A DNA stretch of 54,505 bases from Trypethelium eluteriae (Eukaryota): NCBI GenBank assembly GCA_051942245.1, contig JAVECL010000097.1, forward strand, positions 1-54,505, in the 5' to 3' direction. Under the pieces are notes generated by a model, which had not been told where the DNA came from, made no database searches, and was given only the letters and a program-made list of their open reading frames with translations. A program made the position numbers and the translations under genes. Below, piece after piece: positions 24,801 to 38,234 of the stretch; the stretch's first letter is position 1, and every line of letters begins with the position of its first letter.

Positions 24801-27800
24801 GAAAATGCCTATCACAGTCCCCATATGGAGGTAATTGCGGAAGACTATCGCTCCTCAATCGACGACATTTCGGCATTGTCTCCTAAATCAGCGCCCCTCA
24901 TGTTCTCCACTGTCACTGGATCCCAAATTGCCGCTTCGGAATTAAACGCATCTTATTGGGTCCGTAATATGGTCTCTCCTGTACAATTCGTCCAAGCTGT
25001 GCAGGCAATGGTTCCCGAGCCTGCAAAAGGTGGTGGCCGTCGTCGTCGAGGTGGTCTTTCCATCGATACTCTGTTAGAAATTGGACCTCACAGCGCACTT
25101 CAAGGCCCTCTAAAACAAATACTGGCTGCAAATGGAAAAGCGGAAGAGACTTCGTATTACTCTCTACTGGCCCGGAATCAAGATGCCGCGAATACGTCTC
25201 TGGGAACGATTGGGGCTCTTTGGACAAAAGGGCAACAACTCGATTTCCTTCGAGTAAACTCTCTCGATGCAAAAGCCTGCTCTGGAGTCACTCTGACTGA
25301 TTTGCCGACTTATTCGTGGAAGTAAGTTGTCCTCCAATTCCTAGGCCACATCTGATACATGTGAAGAATGCTAACTTACGAAGTCATACTCACAAATTCT
25401 GGCACGAGTCTGACACCATGAAGACCCATCGCTTTCGAAATATTCCCCGACTTGATCTCGTCGGAAAACCTGTAGAGGACTTCAATCCACTTGAGCCTCG
25501 GTGGAGGAATATTCTCAGAGTCTACGAGCTTCCTTGGTTGAGTCAGCATCAAATCCAAGGCGCAATACTTTACCCGGCGGCAGGCATGCTCTGCGCTGTT
25601 CTTGAAGCTGCCCAGCAGCTGGCTGAAGAGAACAAGAAGCTCAAAGGTTTTGAGTTCCGAGATATCATCATTGGCCACGCCTTGGTGATCCCGTCGAACG
25701 ACGAGGGTATCTCGATGGAGCTGCATATGAAGCCTCGGAAAGCTGGGCTAAAAATCACCGATTCCTCTTGGTGGGAGTTCACAATATATTCTCACCCAAA
25801 GGGTGGGGAGTATGTTGAGCATTGCTCAGGGCTTATGCAAATCCAGTATGAAGCAAAGCCTAGCGAGCTCGAGATTATAGAAGAGGCTATCCAAGAATGG
25901 AAAGCTTATCAACAGGAATACGCGGAATGCCAGAGTGTTTGTACAGATGCTATAAAACCAGAAGACTTCTATGCCACTTGGGATGCTCGAGGCCTGAATT
26001 ATGGTAAGATCTGTTGAGTTCGAGTACTTGAACTTTACACTCACAAGATACAGGACCCTTGTTTCGGCCAATTACGAACATCCACAACACTCCGGGTGTT
26101 GGATGTTGCTCCCTTGAAATACCAGATACCAAATCTGTCATGCCACATGAATATGAGTACGATCATCTCCTACACCCAACAACACTCGATGCTGTATTTC
26201 AAACTTTCTTCTCCGCTATAACAGACAGTACACAAGGCCTGGTTCCCACATCAATAGATTCCGTCTTTATATCTGCCGACCTCCCAAAGGGTCCGGGTGC
26301 AAAGTTCCGCGGCTTTACAAAGGTAGCTCGCGTAGGGTTTCGTCACTACGCCGGACCACTCGTCATGAGTGACGAGAGTTGGAATCAGCCGAAAATAGTT
26401 GTCAAGGGGTTCTTGGGTACTGAGTTGGGCGCATCTTCGAGCGAGTCAGACTCCTTACAGGATTCTTCGGTAAATATCAGGAAATTGTGCTCTACATTAT
26501 TGTGGAAAGAAGACGTGGATCACTTGACTCAAAAGGACGCCGAAATTGTGCTTCATTCAAGTCAGAAAGATGCAGCAACGTCCAAGGACGCCATCACAAA
26601 TTACGAAAAAGCAGCTAGAATCTACATGGTGGAGGCCTTGTCCCGTCTCGATCCTGCCACAGAAGCCACAATGGCTCCTCATCTCGTTCATTTCGTGCAA
26701 TGGATGCGTCGCCGTGTCGAACTCACGAACAGTGGGTCTACAGACTTTGGCACCGCAGCGGCTGCCACGCTTTTGCGGGAGACCATAACCAAAAGCATCG
26801 ATGGCCGGCTTCTTTCCGCCATTGGCACGAGTCTCGGGAGCATTCTTAACGGTAGCCTTTCTTCTGAGTCAGTCCTGATGAACGGAGACATGTTTTCCGA
26901 ATACCGTACCGACAGCGTTGGACTACAAAAGGCAAATCATGCCATGATGAAATGGTTAGATTTGCAGGCACACAAACGGCCTGACCTGAATTACCTCGAA
27001 GTTGGCGCCGGCAAAGGCTCGATCTCGTTGCCAGTACTCGAAATCTTAGGCAGGAAGACAACTCCCAGGTTCGGCCAATACACCTTCACCGATAGTGATC
27101 CAAGCCATTTCGAAGATGCTCAGAAGCTTCTCAAAGCATGGCAAGACCGAATCCAGTATAAGAAGCTGGACATCGATCAAGATCCTTCAGACCAAGGCTT
27201 CGAGAAAGACTCCTTTGATGTAATCATTGCAGGGAATGTAGGTATCATCCTTCCGAATATATATCACAACAGATCTAACGTAGAAAAAGACACTTCACGA
27301 GACCAGAAATATCGCAAAGACTTTGTCCCATTGCCATTGGCTTCTGAAAGAAGGTGGTAAACTAATCTTTACCGAGTTCACAGAGTCTTCAGACCGTATT
27401 GGCCTTATCATGGGTATCCGACCCTCTTGGTGGCTGGCTGAAGACGGTCGTGTTGGGCAGCCTATGGTTAACGAGACTGAATGGAAACGCCACCTCGCGT
27501 CGGAATTCAGCGGCCTCGATATTGTTGTTCATGACACAGACGACCTGCGCAGCCATTGTGCATCGTTCATGGTCACTACCAAACCGTCAGTCCCAAAGAA
27601 ACTGCCGTTCGCACATGTGGTTGTACTCAATTCCACGGACCGGTCGGCGGAGAGTTGTATGCTTTCCGACAACGTCGTCAGTAAGCTTAAAAAGTTGGGT
27701 CTGGAGGTCGAAAACACTACCTTGAAAGAAGCCGCAACTCCCGATGCTAACGACCAACCACTGGTATCTGGAAAAGCTATTGTGTCTTTGCTTGAAGTTG

Positions 27801-30658
27801 AAAGACCGCTGATAGCCGAAGTTTCCAAAGAAGATTTCGGCTATGTCAAGAAAGTACTTCGTAGTTGCAGGGGTGGCCTTTGGGTCTCCCATGCTGGCGT
27901 CCAAGTCGACTCATCTAGCGACCCTGCATTCTGTGCCACTCATGGCCTTTTGCGAACGACGAGAACTGAGAAACCTGATAGCCCGGTCTTCCAGCTCGAC
28001 CTATCCACCAAAGCACAGCTTTCGAGTTCGCATATAGCTGACTTGATTATACGGAGCTTCAAATCGGAGAATGAAGCAGAGTCTCCTTTTGTTGAGAGCG
28101 AGATATGTGAGCACCACGGTCGTCTTTACATTGCCAGGCTTTACGACGAGAAACCCATGAATCATGCTTTGCACGTACGGGGCCGCCAACCTCCTCCCGA
28201 ACCTCAGTCTTTTGTGCAGCCGGGTCGCCCTCTTCGACTTTCCATCGGTGCTCCTGGCTTGCTGGACACTCTTCATTTCATTGATGACGAAAGGCCGTTG
28301 GCGATCCTAGGCGAAAATGATGTTGAAATTGAGGTCAGAGCTAATGGCGTGAATTTTATGTAAGGCAACTAGATCACTGAACGTAGCATTTTTCCGTTGG
28401 CTAACATCGAACTAGGGATGTCATGGTCAGTATGGGTCTTGTTCCGGACAAGGTGCTCGGCTTAGACGCTGCTGGAATCATCAAAAGAACCGGAACTGGA
28501 GTTACTTCCCTCAAGCCAGGTGATCGAGTCGCAACGTTCTTCGTAGGCGCATATGCTAACTTGATCCACACCCATGAGAATCTTGTGAACAAAATTCCAG
28601 AGCACATGAGTTTAGAGGAAGGAGCCTCTATACCAACAGTGTACGGTACAGCCTACCAAAGTCTTATAGAGATCGGCCGTCTCTCCCGCGGAGAGACCAT
28701 CTTGATCCACAGCGCAGCTGGTGGTAAGTATAGCTTCACGATTGGATCAAGGATCTCAGGCACTGACCAGATTACAGGCTTGGGACAGGCTGCCATTCAG
28801 CTATCCAAGCACGTCGGCGCCGATATCTTTGTTACTGTCAGCAATGTGGAAAAGCGTCGCCTAATTGTAGACGAGTACCAGATTCCAGAAGATCACATCT
28901 TCAATTCACGTGACATGACATTCGCCAAAGGTATTTTGCGCATGACTAAGGGTAGAGGTGTCGATGTAGTGCTCAACTCCTTGGCTGGTGAGGCACTCAG
29001 GAAGACCTGGGAGTGTATTGCCATGTTTGGTCGGTTCATCGAAGTAGGCAAGAAGGACATTTTGGCCAACAGTGGGTTGGAGATGATGCCCTTCCTTCGA
29101 AATGTGACCTTTGCAAGCGTCAATCTCGAGGTTTGTACATCCTTTACATGCCATTGTCTCCAGAAGACTGACAAACTTAAACAGCACATGTATCGTCACA
29201 ATCCATCGATGATGGCGCGCGTACTCAGGGACAGCTTTGAGCTAGTGCGACGGGGAACTGTTGGCCTCATTAAACCAACTACTGTCTACAAGTACTCGGA
29301 GATGGAGAAGGCATTCCGTTTGATGCAGCAAGGCAAGCACCTGGGCAAGCTGGTGCTCAAAGTCGATCCGGAAGATCGAGTACCGGTGGTCCCACGCAAT
29401 CCTCACCCATTGACTCTGGACACAAATGCGACTTACGTCCTTGTCGGTGGTCTTGGGGGTATAGGCCGTGCTCTTGCAGAGTATCTCGCTAAGAATGGCG
29501 CCAAGCATATTGCCTTCATCTCGCGATCCGGAGATACGAAGCCTGAAGCCAAGAAGACGCTTGCCGAGCTTAAAAACCTCGGCGTCCACCCAGTCGCGTT
29601 TGCGTGTGACATCACAGACTACGATTCACTTAAAGCTGTTGTTCAGCAGATTTCATCAGAATATCCTCCCATCAAAGGATTAGTCCAAGGCGCTATGGTC
29701 CTGAACGATATATATTTCGAGGAAATGGAGTACGAACCTTGGGCTGCCACAGCACAACCGAAAATCCAAGGCTCATGGAACTTGCACAACCTCATGCCCA
29801 AGGACCTCGACTTCTTTGTCATGCTGGCTTCCATTTCTGGCATCGTTGGTAACGGATCCCAAAGTAACTATGCCGCCGGCAACACTTTCCAAGACGGTCT
29901 TGCACATTGGCGGCGGGCGCAAGGTCTTGCTGCCAGTTCTCTGGATTTGACGATGATGGCAGGCGTTGGTTGGGTTGCAGAAAACGTCGAGATCGCCGAG
30001 GAATACAAGGCGGACTTTATGCGTCTGGCCATGGGGCCGGAAGAGCTATTCCGCATTTTTGAATCCGCCATCACTGGCTACCAAGAGAGTGAACACCGCA
30101 TGCCACCTCAGTTGATCACAGGTGCCATAACTGGCGGTATTGGACAGCAAATGGAGCACTTGAAGACAGGGAGCAGTTTCGAGGATGCCAAATGGATGTA
30201 CCTCGCCCGGCTCGATGTACAAGGTGTCTCGGCAGACTCTGCAGAATCTGCTGCGGAGGTCCGGGGCCAATTGACAGTTGTCACATCGCTGGCGCAGGCA
30301 GGCGAACTCGTCGAGGCTGCTCTTGCGGCTAAACTGGGCAAGTCACTCAATATGGCTGCCGAGGATCTCGATACTGCTAAGCCTGTGCATAGCTTTGGTG
30401 TTGACTCGCTGATGGCTATCGAAGTGCGAAATGTAAGCTTACTCTATGTGCCCCTACGCTCCTAAATTGCCTACCTCTATCTATCTGTGGATTGTTAATA
30501 GCTAACTGATTGTTTTTCTACAGTGGATATTCAAAGAGCTGAAGAGCCAAGTCAGTGTCTTTGATATCTTGAGCGCCATCCCTATGCACCAACTCGCGCT
30601 CAAGATTGCAGAGAAAAGCTCGCTTGTCCCGCAGGAGGTTGTCAAGGCCGGAATTTAG
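21835..30658 (+). CDS. Highly reducing iterative type I polyketide synthase, KS-AT-DH-cMT-ER-KR-ACP, about 16 introns
   Basis: [77 protein letters not shown]. c[61 protein letters not shown]. Stop TAG at 30656-30658. Confidence 0.96.
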
Positions 30659-31647
30659 ACGTTGTGTAAGACTGAATTGTTCATGAAGGTACGGCTTAGA
30701 TTTTCGGCTTCGTATCTTGCGCCTTTGCAGAATAATGACATTTATCTGCAGAACTTTCTAATTGACAACCTCGATACCCTCCTTTGCTTCATTTGAGCCA
30801 ACTCTAGGACTAATGTCATAATGTTGTTTTTCTCATTTTTAACTGTGTTGAGCACTTGTCGATCGAAGCGTGAAGCTTTGCGTCTTCCACCAACCTGAGA
30901 GGTTAGATTCCATTTATCAGCCTCATCGAGGGCAGTCCAAATCGTGCCCATTGTACTATAGTCGCTGAAAACCACCACAACTCCCCTCCATTCACCGTAA
31001 AGCCTCCCATCTCTGCCCCCACGTCAATGTCCATCCCGACACCATGTTCAATCGTAAGGGATCTGATACCGGTGCACCTCAAACCCTAAGCATAACCCCT
31101 ACGGCTGCTTCTGTGATTTTCTGCGGACCCGCATCTATACCCAAAGGAGCATCAAGGTCACCATGGCTTCGTCTTGGCACGTAAATCATGGACCCAAGGG
31201 AGACGATTGAACGGAAAGGCTGACGCTCGATAAGTCCAGTAGAGGAAAGGCTAAGCATTGTCAAGCTTCTGAGACCGGGCGTTTTGCAGATCGCGCGAGA
31301 AAGCCTCCAACCAGACCACCTTGTTTGACGTCATTGAGCAGCTGTAGAGCCAAGTTCTTGGATATATAGATGCTTGGCCACGTCAGCGCGGGGGGTTTCA
31401 GGTTGTAGATCTTACTTTCCAACATCTCCTCATATATCTGTTACTCTAGAGATAGGCGAGACGGGGCAACCCTTTCGGCGAACTTCCTAGAGGTCAATAT
31501 TGCTCATTGTCCTTTTGAAGACCTTCTGTTGGACTTTTTGGGTTGACTGCCGTGTTGAATTTTGTCGCAATCTGTTCATATCTAAGATCAACTTTGACAT
31601 CCTAATCTGAGACACTCGCAACGGCATACTTACTGGAGGATCACAAT

Positions 31648-31683
31648 ATGAAGTTCCTCTGTCTGCATGGGTATGCTGCTTGC

Positions 31684-31714
<31 letters not shown>

Positions 31715-32906
31715 GTTCATTCCCAGCCCATCATGACAGTGTGTTCCATCGCTGCTTCCTCTTGCCCTCCTTAGCTTGGGCCTTGTTGATGTACTTTTAC
31801 ACCAAATAGCAAAGGCACCAGCGCCCAGATCCTGGAAGTTCAGACCGCTGGCTTCCGCGCCCTCCTGCCCGAGCACTACGAGTATCGCTTCTTCGACGGC
31901 GAAGAGGATTCTGATAGCTACCCTGCTATCTCGAGCGTCTTCCCGGGACCATATTTTTGCTATTATAAGGATAATAGTATGAAGAGCGTAAAGGCGGCAC
32001 ATGAGTATGTGGGGGAGATTATTGAGGACGAAGGTGATGTCTTTCTTGACCTTTCCATTTTCTTTCTTTTGCTTCTTTCTTTTGTCTTGGAGCTGGAGTG
32101 GGGAAAGCGAACATAGGACTCCGGTTGAGGGTGATTTATACAGGCATAAAGAATTTGTAGAGATTTGAAACAGGTCGACTAATGTTTTTTTGGTTTTTGC
32201 AGGGCCGTTTGATGCTGTGATCGGATTCAGTCAGGTTTGTAGCTCCTTATCCAGAGTTGTTTTTATTTCGGTATTTCGCTCACTGGTGGTCTCTCGGTTT
32301 GCAGGGCGCAGCACTAGCAGCTTCAGGTACAAAAGCAAGAGCTTCAGAGTACCGTGTACCAAGTGCAAAGTTTTGGCACTGACTAGACCATTAGTAATTC
32401 TCTACCACCAAATCGAACATCCTCTCGCGCTCCCCCTATTCCGCTTCGCCGTCTTCATCTGTGGCGATCTCCCCTTCACCCGCAGCCCCAACCTTGGTGT
32501 GGATGTGACGGAGCAATATATCAAGGATGGCGTTATGCATGGGGATGTGGTGAACGAGCCGGAACAGATCGTTGAGATGAAAAGATCAGCGTCCGGGCGA
32601 TCATCGCTGAAGCTCAGCACGGACTCGGGATACACGTCTGACGAGGAGGGGGCTAGTACGCGCACTGTGAGAAGGTTCGTACCGGAGATCGATAAGGAGA
32701 GGATTCAGATCCCGACCGTGCATATATATGGAGCTGAGGATATAGATTTGAAGAAAAGCCTGGCTCTGACAGAGATGTGTGATGAGAGGCTGAGCGAGAA
32801 ATATATGCATCATGGAGGTCATAGTATCCCGAGAGCGGAAGATGTGCATCAGAAGATAGTGGAGGTCGTGCAAGCTGCTGCTGTGAAGAGTGAATTAATG
32901 AGTTAA
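31648..32906 (+). CDS. FSH1-family serine hydrolase (LovG-like polyketide-releasing esterase); 5 exons
   Basis: Spliced MKFLCLHG|KGTSAQIL..FPGPYFCY..EDEG|PFDAVIGFSQ|GAALAAS|VIL..IPTVHIYGAED..HHGGHSIP, giving a Ser-Asp-His triad. Confidence 0.92.
31692..31714. repeat. (TC)n microsatellite in intron 1 of the FSH1 hydrolase
   Basis: About 11 TC units: tctctctctctctctctctctc. Confidence 0.85.
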
Positions 32907-33892
32907 GTTTTCTTGGATAGACTTTTGGCTTTTTTTTTTTTCTTTCTTTTTATCTGAGGTTTCCTACAATGCAATGAATACGATATCCACGCTTGGACTT
33001 GGTGCGAGGGTTTTCGTCTGTGGTAGATCAATATTTGTAAGGTGAAATACCTTGTGGACCCTCTCGCTATGCTACTAAGGGTATATACATGGTTATGATC
33101 TTCTGAAAGTATACACCGTCAGGCTCTCAATGGCCCTAACGAAGGACAACTGATGAGCTGTCTTCTAGTTTTTGGCAGCCTTTACAGCAGACATGGAGCA
33201 CCAATATATAACGGCGACAAAATGAGCCCTTAGAGGTAGGGGTAAGCCAATATGACGTCAAGATGTGCCTCATTAGGTAGGTGGCTACATTTGCTGAGCA
33301 CAACGCATGATCTCCCGTCAATGGGAGAGGAGCCTCCCTAGGCTCTACCTATCTACCTACCTGAATGGCGCACCTTATGGTTCCACTCCCATGGTTCCTA
33401 TCCCCACTCTGCTACCAGTCCAATCCGGCGGGGACGTCGACATTTTTTCTTCATGAGTTTGAAACGTATGAGAAGTTAGTGCTTGTACTCCTGCCTTTTC
33501 ATCCCCAAGCTTTCTATCCGTACCAAGAGTCTGATAAAATTTCCCATCAAATACCTTAGTCTCAAGACCCTTGAGAAACCCCGTTCTCTTTTAAAAACCT
33601 CATACTCTTTACCTAGTAGCAGTCGCCTTGTCCATGAGCCCTATTATGGTCACTATGGAGGGCCGACATTATCAGCCGCACCACCTGGAATCCTGTATTT
33701 CTTTGTAGACTTGACTAGATCTTCTCATTATTGAAGCCTCATGAACTTCCAGTTCGAATGCTAATTCCAAGTTGTTGCCATATCGTGGTACAAATTTCTC
33801 GCAGAAAAATGGAAATCTCATTTAACTATATCTTCTATTTTTAGAGATACAAATTTAACACCTTTTCTTGGCTGCAACTATGATCCAGCTCA

Positions 33893-35761
33893 TCATGTGC
33901 GGCACAAACGTGCATCGGCCTCTTCAGTCCACTGGTCACTTCCTACGGCCGCCCTACCATACAAGATCGACTCTGGATCATACTCTTGCTTGATGCTCAG
34001 CAATCTGTCGTAGTTCTCACCATAAAACACCTGCTGGTAATTGGGCTGCTGGAAATTGCCCTCATTGATGTAGGAACCTGAACCAGGAGTGATGTTTTCG
34101 AGTTGAGGCAACTGTACGTTTGTGAGAGCGCTCTGTGTCTCCCAATTGGTGGAAAGGTCGGCCTCAAGATCCCAATATCCACTGATGAGCAGTTGAAGGA
34201 GCGCATCGCGCCAGGCAGGCAACGCTGAGTTTGGAACGTTGGGATTCGCGGGATCATTGGTCCCATTTGCCACATTGATGCTCACTCCAAGGACCTCGAA
34301 ACGAGGATCGGATGTTATATTTCGTAATGCAGAAGTGAGGCCGTCAGAGTTGTCAAGAACCACAGATCGTGGGATCAAGCGACTGCCTTCAACAACATTC
34401 GAGGGGTCATAGCCGTATGGAAGGCCCAGATAAAGATTTGCGTGATCGTAGAAATTGTCGAAGTAGGACGTGTTGAGAGCATATTGAACGTTCAATTGCT
34501 TCAAAGTGTCAATGAAAGGATTGATCAGAGAGGTAACTTGCTCCTGAGTTTTGTTGGGCAAAGAAATGTAGGCGATGTTGAGAGTGTTATTGGTCAGTAT
34601 CCAGCCTGAGCTTCCGCCAGCATCTGTGATATTGGGTTGCAGTTGGTGATAGGCGTTTACGGCTTGCCAAAAGGTGTCCACGGATACCCCAGTTGATGCA
34701 ATAGTCAAATTAGCACCGCCCATCGGCACATCTGCAGGAGCACGGACTGTCAAGGAAAGTACGACGCCAAATGATCCAGGGCTGCCGCCGCTAAGGGCCC
34801 AGTACAAGTCAGAGTTTTGGGTCGGAGTTGCGATTATTAGCGTTCCATTTGGCGTAACGACTTCCCATTCCAAGGCATTATCAGCTCCCAAGCCTTGCTC
34901 AGAGCTGAGCATGCCATGACCTCCGCCCATGGTATAGCCACCGGCAACACCGACAGTGGGACAGGTTCCGCCAACGACCCGGACATGATTTTGGTGAGCG
35001 AACTCGTAGGCTTCAAATGTCTGTACTCCCGCCCCGAGTTTGATCGCGGACCCATTGTAGTATTCGCTTTCGTATGCTGGCACAAATACTTGGTCTTTAA
35101 GGTTATGTGTCCAGAGTGAAAGACCTCCGGCGCCTGTAGACCTACCGAGGAAACTTTATGTGGCTCATATCAGCTGCGGTCATCTCCAAAGCAGAGAAAC
35201 GAAACCTACTCATGTCCAGTATTCTTCACGACGAGGCGTATATTATTCTCAGAAGCAAATTTCAATCCGGTTGTAACATCATCCGCATTACTGACATTAA
35301 TTGCATAGTTGACGTAAGGACCGAGGAGGCAGGGCGATGACTCCGGTGTGAAAGGATCACAACTCCTATTTTGGAAGATTGGTATTATTACATCTGGTGC
35401 TGTCGGGTATCTAATGAGGCGCCGAGTAAGTCAAACAGTATTTTAGAAGATGGTTCTCCTCATGTAGAACTTACTGTGTCTGAGGAAATTGCCATACTGA
35501 TTTCAATGCATCACAAGCTACTTCATTGTAGGTAGGGTCGTGACAGACGTGTCCCAAAGGGTTAGAAGCAATGAGGCGACCGTTGACGGAAGCGTTCAGT
35601 GAAGACCAGGATTGCTGATCTGGCCATTCCGGATCGGATCTTAACAAGCGACAATTCGAGTTTTGTCTAGAGGTAACATATACCGCTTCCGAGCTCTGCC
35701 AGCCAGTAAAAGTCAAGGCAAGAGCCAGAAGTTTCCTTGTTCGTAGGTCTCTTGTCATCAT
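33893..35761 (-). CDS. Secreted FAD-linked oxidoreductase (VAO/BBE-like, ZEB1/Sol5/PatO-type); 3 exons
   Basis: Signal peptide; spliced VVKNTGHD|FLGRS (FAD-His) and GGTCPTVGVAGGYTMGGGH (FAD-Cys); DLYWALSGG; C-terminal BBE motif GSYINEG..FYGENYDRLLSIKQEYDP. Confidence 0.93.
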
Positions 35762-38234
35762 TCAAGTTTATCGATACGATCACAGAAAGAGAAAAGTCTG
35801 AAGAGAGGAAAGAAGGGGCGTTTGAGCAACTTGATGATATTCTTACGACCAAATATGAACCGCTTGAAAGAGTAGAAAGACGAAGTGCGGGCGTCTGGCC
35901 CTTTTTACTACTCACAGACTTGACGGCTAAACAGGAGGCCAGTCAGTTATGTTATGCCAGCCGAGGTGCTCGTAGAAGTGTTGTGGTCTTGGGAACAGGA
36001 GTATGGTCCGAATTAGCTAACTAGCATGCCTTTCAATAGTCCCGGGTTTTGTCTGGTCGACCCTACGGAGTAGATAGTCGAAAGAGGATTAGTACAATCA
36101 TGTAGCTTCTCATCGGACCTTTATACCGTAACCCTATCTCTTCGGAAATGAGATATTCCGAAACACCGGAGCGCTCTGCTGCCCTTTACCATCTTAGAGA
36201 ATAATAAGGTTTTCACCTATCGCATCTTTGAAACGGTTTATCGTCTAGTTCGAATCAATTTAAAGAGGAAGTCACCCGATCAGGAAGTGCTACCGGGCGA
36301 TCTCCACAACCCTAGGGCTTGAGCTGGATCTATAGTAGAGGTTTATATCGCACTCGGCTGTAACTACTAACAAGATCGCTAAAGTCGGCCAGTATGGAGA
36401 TGCGTGCCATAACCGCTCCTCCTCGGAGAGGTCGAAGTTGAATCAACGGTGTGGTGGAGGCCGGCGAAGTAGCAAGCTGAGAATAGAATCGCTCTAAGAA
36501 GTTCCGTGAAGAATTCAAGTGCAAGCGGGCAGAAGACGCGGTGACGCGGTCCTCATGTGTTAATCTGACGGAATTTGCCTTGTTGAGATACCTTATGCTG
36601 AAAAGATTCGGCCGATGACCCGTTCTCGGCCAACAGCACCGAACGGTATTAAGGATACGCGGCCCGGACCACTTCGCTTCAGAAGAATCTTTATCCGACC
36701 CCGCACGTGCACCCCCTTGCCGTCGCCCTCGCTGGCACCAATAGCGCTAGTCCATGGACGGGAAAGCACTCGGGGCTTGTTCCTTCTTCTTTCTCTTCTT
36801 TCCAGCTGAGAATCACTGCTCGTTCCACACGGGCTACTCCGTACTAGCCTGCAGATGCCATAGATCTCTGTCCTCTTCATCTCGAATCGCTTCTTGGTGC
36901 TCATCAAGAAACATCACTTGTCTCTATGATTGATGAGTGCGAGATCCTTGTGCCTTGAACGTGGGGACCAAGACATACAGGACACCTCCAGCTCATCAAG
37001 CCTCGGGTCCATAAGGATAAGAAAAATTCCAATGGAATGACTGACAACAGTATTCCATTTCTTTCCTCGACTGGCAGATGAACATGCTCAATCAATGGTG
37101 TTCAGCTTTGAGGCTGGATTTGCTTTGAAGCATCTAGGCAACGGGTCACCGACCGGCAACCCGCGCTAGGTGCAGCGGATGCCGAAATGCGGTCAGCATA
37201 TGTACACATACCAATTGACGCGCATGGAAGACGAAAAGAGGAGAAAAGGCTTGCTTAGAGAAGCTTTTGGCGGGTGGGAATAAGCAATAGACCGGTGGAT
37301 TCGAACCAATCAGCGAACCGGGAATGCAGAGGCTGAAGTTGGACGTTAGAGTACGCATGCCAACCGTATCACTCTCCCTGGAACACTCCCTTGTCTGTTC
37401 GAAGCTCTTCCTATGTCTGCGCAGTCGCCTACCGACAAAATCATGGATTCAGAAGCAGATCATCCTACCATCAGTTTCGTCTCCTTAACAATCTGCATGG
37501 GTTGACATATATTCTACACGAAAGGCAATTCAAATGATCTACTATTGGCAAATGTCCCTAGAGTTCATGTCTCACCTTCCTCGGTCCGACGGCAAAGGAT
37601 CTGTGTGCTCATGCAGACTCTATTATTCTGCCGTGGGCCGAGTCAAAAACAATTATCAACGTGGACTGACATCCTTCCAGCACAATACCCACCGTGTCAA
37701 TGCCGTGAGCCGACCCGGGCTAGAGAACCATGGCGTGCCAGCCTATTAGCGGGAGGCTGCATTTTCTCTCAGATCTATGTCATCAATGTGCATTACACGC
37801 GACGTGAAGCGATCAGTTTCCACATATGTGCTAACTTTACGATGACTGTACCGCCAGTGAACGTCCCTTGCGACCCTACAAATTTATTTAACATATGTCA
37901 AGCCAACAGAGATGAGCAATGCCATTGGACGACCCATGTTAACGACTAGAGGTGAATCCAACAATTCGAGGCCACGGCTGAGCCCCGCCGGTGCAGCGGT
38001 GTATGATACCGCTAGAGAAAAGTGGGATAGGAGACTTGCTTACCTACCTACATGTATCCGGCAAGCGGCCCTACTATTACCTCTTCGTATGGCCGAACAG
38101 GCAGCAGGCGATTCGGTCTTTAGTCATCCCTCAGGATCTATGTTAGCTCTCCACCAGACACCGGTCAACGAATACCTCTGTTTTCATCATTTCCATCATC
38201 CGCAGAGCTGTCAAGACATTTTCTTGCAACAATC

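Noticed and set aside
31487..32002. 171-aa minus-strand ORF with ERERER run
   Set aside because: Antisense to the FSH1 gene; the ER run is the intronic (TC)n microsatellite.
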